Source of the DNA: Parasitella parasitica NRRL 2501
Lineage: Eukaryota; Fungi; Mucoromycota
Direction: 5' to 3'
Length of the DNA: 64,000 nucleotides
Assembly: GCA_025201805.1 (NCBI GenBank)
Contig: MU619248.1
Coordinates: 1-64,000, forward strand
Part shown: positions 60,775 through 64,000 of the stretch, piece by piece
Numbering within the stretch: the first letter of the stretch is position 1
How the letters are laid out: each line of letters begins with the position of its first letter
Position numbers and translations under genes: made by a program
The notes under the pieces: model-generated
Told to the model about the DNA's origin: nothing
Databases searched by the model: none
The model's input: only the letters and a program-made list of their open reading frames with translations

Positions 60775-63700
60775 TTATACAACTACAAAACGGTGTTTTC
60801 GGCGCTCGTACTTCTCGGTAGAAAGATCACTCTTTTTTAAAGTAAGTCTGTCATGCATTTGAAAAGCCTCCTTAGTCTTTTCATCATACGATGAATCAAT
60901 CCAAGACAATTCGAACTTGACTGTTGATGTATTGCTTTCTGGGATAATATTTAAGGTTATAGGAAAGCTAAAGTTTACAGTGGAATTAATTGAGGCCGAT
61001 CCGACATAGTTTCCGCAAACCAGCTTCGATAAATCCAAAAAAGAGTCCACTGCATGAATCCCTTTAAAAATAAAACATACGCATAATTATGGTGTTCAAG
61101 ATTGATAAGTCAAATGTGCAGAATATTCAATAAATACTGTCCTTACTCATATCCTTGATAGCACACCCACGAACAAAAAATTTCTTGCTTAGGCCGCTCT
61201 GATTCACGATATCACATTGATTTGAAGCCAAGAAATAGTAGGTTTCAAATTCTTTGGTAACTCGACTAGGCATCTCACATGACCCTTCTTTGTATTCATA
61301 AATTCTGTTGCAGTCTTGTTTGTCGTGCAGTGTTAATTTAATAATAATGCCTGTGCTCTGTATCTGCACATATCTGCCTTTTTCGAGGATCTGTTCAAAA
61401 TCACCCTCCCAAGTTCCTATAAACCTGCAGGCTTTCAATTCTTGGAGATTAAAAAATACCACTAGCCTTTTTATATGCCTTTGCAAAGAAGCATACACTG
61501 CTTCACGTAGAATTGCTTTACAGTGATAAAAATACAACAATTCATTCTTGTCGCACAACCCTGTTATAATCAAAGAAGATATATTGTATTGTCCAAAAAA
61601 TCCATTATCTGCAAGACTTGTGGCTATCATCGTAGCAACATGTTTGATAACAGGCTTTAATCCAATTTCCAAGACTGTATGAGGCGATACTTGTAATATA
61701 CATCCACAACTGTTGCTTTTGATTTGAGTTAGTCGATACATGTATAGTCTGTCTTGTAAGGGTGGACTTTCTTCAAACATCTTTAGGTATAAACAAATTA
61801 GTCAGAGTGGTTTTGATAAACATTGCGAATCATAGTACCCATGTCTCTATTAATTGTTTCAAGCTGTTGAAGAAATAATAGTAAGAGGCTTTGGATAGTC
61901 CATTTTCAGTTTGATGCTGGGAACATTGTTGTAAAAGTGATTCTTTATCTTCTTGAAATTCTGACATTTGAGAACGACTTAATATGTGATTGCAAACAGA
62001 ATTAACTGTGCTTTCCATTCGAATCTCTTTTTCTTTGGTAGTAAACGTAGATTTTATGCTGACACCATCGGATAACGATACTTCAACAACCTTATTCAAT
62101 ATGAATTTTATATAATCGTCTTTAACTTGGGCATGGATATGAAACGAATTAGGCAAAAACAGATCAATTTCATCCTTGACTGGTGCCTTCTTAATGCGTC
62201 TCTGATTGATGCTATCATGAGAAGAATCATCAATGTCTAATTCTTCTCGTAGTTGTAAGATTGCTGGAGGTAGCAAGGAATTTACAATTCGAATCATTGT
62301 AAAAGGCTTCTGCATCGCACCTTCAGAAATTTGATTCCCAAACATAATATAAGGCCTATAGTAGTTTCGTATTTCTGCTACCTTTTCGCTTACAAAAGTT
62401 GTATGAAGCAAGTGCTTATAAAGTAAATGTTCTCCTTCATTTTTTGTGAAAGCAGCACTGTCAAATGTCACTACACTGTGAATCCCATCAGGCGAGTTTT
62501 TGACTGGATTGAACGCAGATAGAACTTTCTTGACACTGTGGCACGTATTTGTCAAAAATAGACGTATTTTTGGATTTGAGCAGATTTCAGCTACCAATGA
62601 GCCACAATTTATGCCTTCCAAGCAAGATTTTAGTTTAGATTCGTCCAAATCATGACGACCATTTTGTATGATCTTGGTCAATGGAACATCACCCTTCTTC
62701 TCTCTGTACTGGAAAACAAAGTTAACTAAAGATAAGCTATACAGAAGCTTTGTAAACTTACAACTAGCATGTAAATATCAAATAACCTTTTTGCAATTTC
62801 CTCTGCTACTAAAGAAGTAAATCCTTCGCTATTAACTCCAATCATCTCTTTTGCTTTAAGCGAAAAAGTATCACGAACATGATGCAGTTTTTGGGTTATA
62901 GTCTTTGTGGATATAAGCAACTTTTTCTTTTGGTCAACAGGATCTGTCATGTCAAGCTTTCCTTTTGCATTTTTAAGGATGATCCCCTTTATCAAACCTT
63001 TGAGACTAGGAAGTCTAATCATTTCAGTGTGCAATACGGTGGGCGACAGTAAGAGCTCCTCTGTTGTAAGCTTGTTTGACACTGTGCTTAACTCTTTGGC
63101 GTTTTGCATTTGAAAGCAGGAAATACCAAAAATTATGCCATCTGTCTCGATATCTGGCACCATACTACATAGCAAGTACTTTCTTTCTCTTATGAAATCC
63201 TGTCGATAGCTAGCCTCGCTTGTTTTTCCCAAGTAGCTGACATAACAATCTAAAAAAGGTAAGAGCACCAGTCGGCTTCTATGGTCACCCAGTGTAATCC
63301 ACTTGGCCTCCAAAAACAGCTTGCGGATAAAGTCATGGTACCTTTCACCTTGCCATTCAATAGGAGTGATGAACAAAAACTGACACTTGTCGAAATCAAT
63401 TATTTCATGATGTCTCAGTGCGTCCATTATGTGCTTGAAAAAACTGACGATGGCAGAAAGGTTATAAGCGTCTTCCCTTGTTCTTTGGCTCTCTCTTTTT
63501 GAATATATTGCAAAGCATCTCAGGAAAATATCCTTGACATGTAAATTCAACTTTTTGTCTATAACACTGTCTGCGTTATACTATAGTTCACATGTCAGTT
63601 TGAACAGCCACAGATGATTATCATAAACAGACATTATATATGTATTCAATACTTATAGCACGATTAAGGCTTCGATACAATTCGATCTTTCCTTTCTCGA

Positions 63701-63824
63701 GATCTGTTGCATTCGACGTGAATGCAAAAGATGTAAGATATAATAACAAGCGGATATTTTGATTGATTGACTTACAAATGCAAATTACTTCATCATACAG
63801 AGCGTACGCGTATAATTCCTTCAT
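60775..63824 (-). CDS. Large multi-exon protein with degenerate HSPA12/Hsp70-like (actin-like ATPase) similarity; 5' end uncertain
   Basis: Four long same-strand ORFs are separated by intron-sized gaps. FLFITPIEW...FIRKLFLEAKWITLGDHRSRLVLL resembles the HSPA12 segment ITVPAxW...MRxAAxxAGLI...DHxxRLxL. Confidence 0.55.
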
Positions 63825-64000
63825 GTTGGAGATACGAGAACAAAAAGAGGTTTTTTATTTGCGCCAAAGAAGCCTATTAGAGTTGTGCCGTTTCGTCGAC
63901 TGTCTAAAATCGGCAACTTCCGAAGTAAGTTTAATAACCCAATAAAAATAGTATTGTTTCTATGTAATGAACAAGGTAAAAGGCGGCGATGATGAAATAA

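Overview
This window is eukaryotic, intron-rich fungal DNA, most consistent with Mucorales (short 45-75 nt introns, poly-A/T promoters, typical gene families). It opens with an apparently complete autonomous Helitron on the minus strand (about 2-5451). That element has an intact 1626-aa Rep/PIF1-helicase ORF, a 5' A|TC terminus and a highly structured 3' end. About 20 host genes follow: Ytp1, SNT2, F-box/WD40, NDUFB10, GH29 fucosidase, BRF1, ARP8, an MMS1/DDB1-family gene, UTP13, PHO88, THOC3, three secreted proteins including a choice-of-anchor A adhesin, an MFS permease, BOL3, a DUF2415 WD40 gene, GPATCH1 and an HSPA12-like gene. Other elements are tRNA-Gly(GCC), a Tc1/mariner element with perfect 31-bp TIRs sitting in a decayed ARP8 duplicate, a MITE beside the tRNA, a LINE zf-RVT relic, two related promoter minisatellites and two GC-AG introns. 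There are two assembly gaps (35245-35369, 43050-43509). Exon coordinates were read by eye, and family calls rest on recognised motifs, not database searches.
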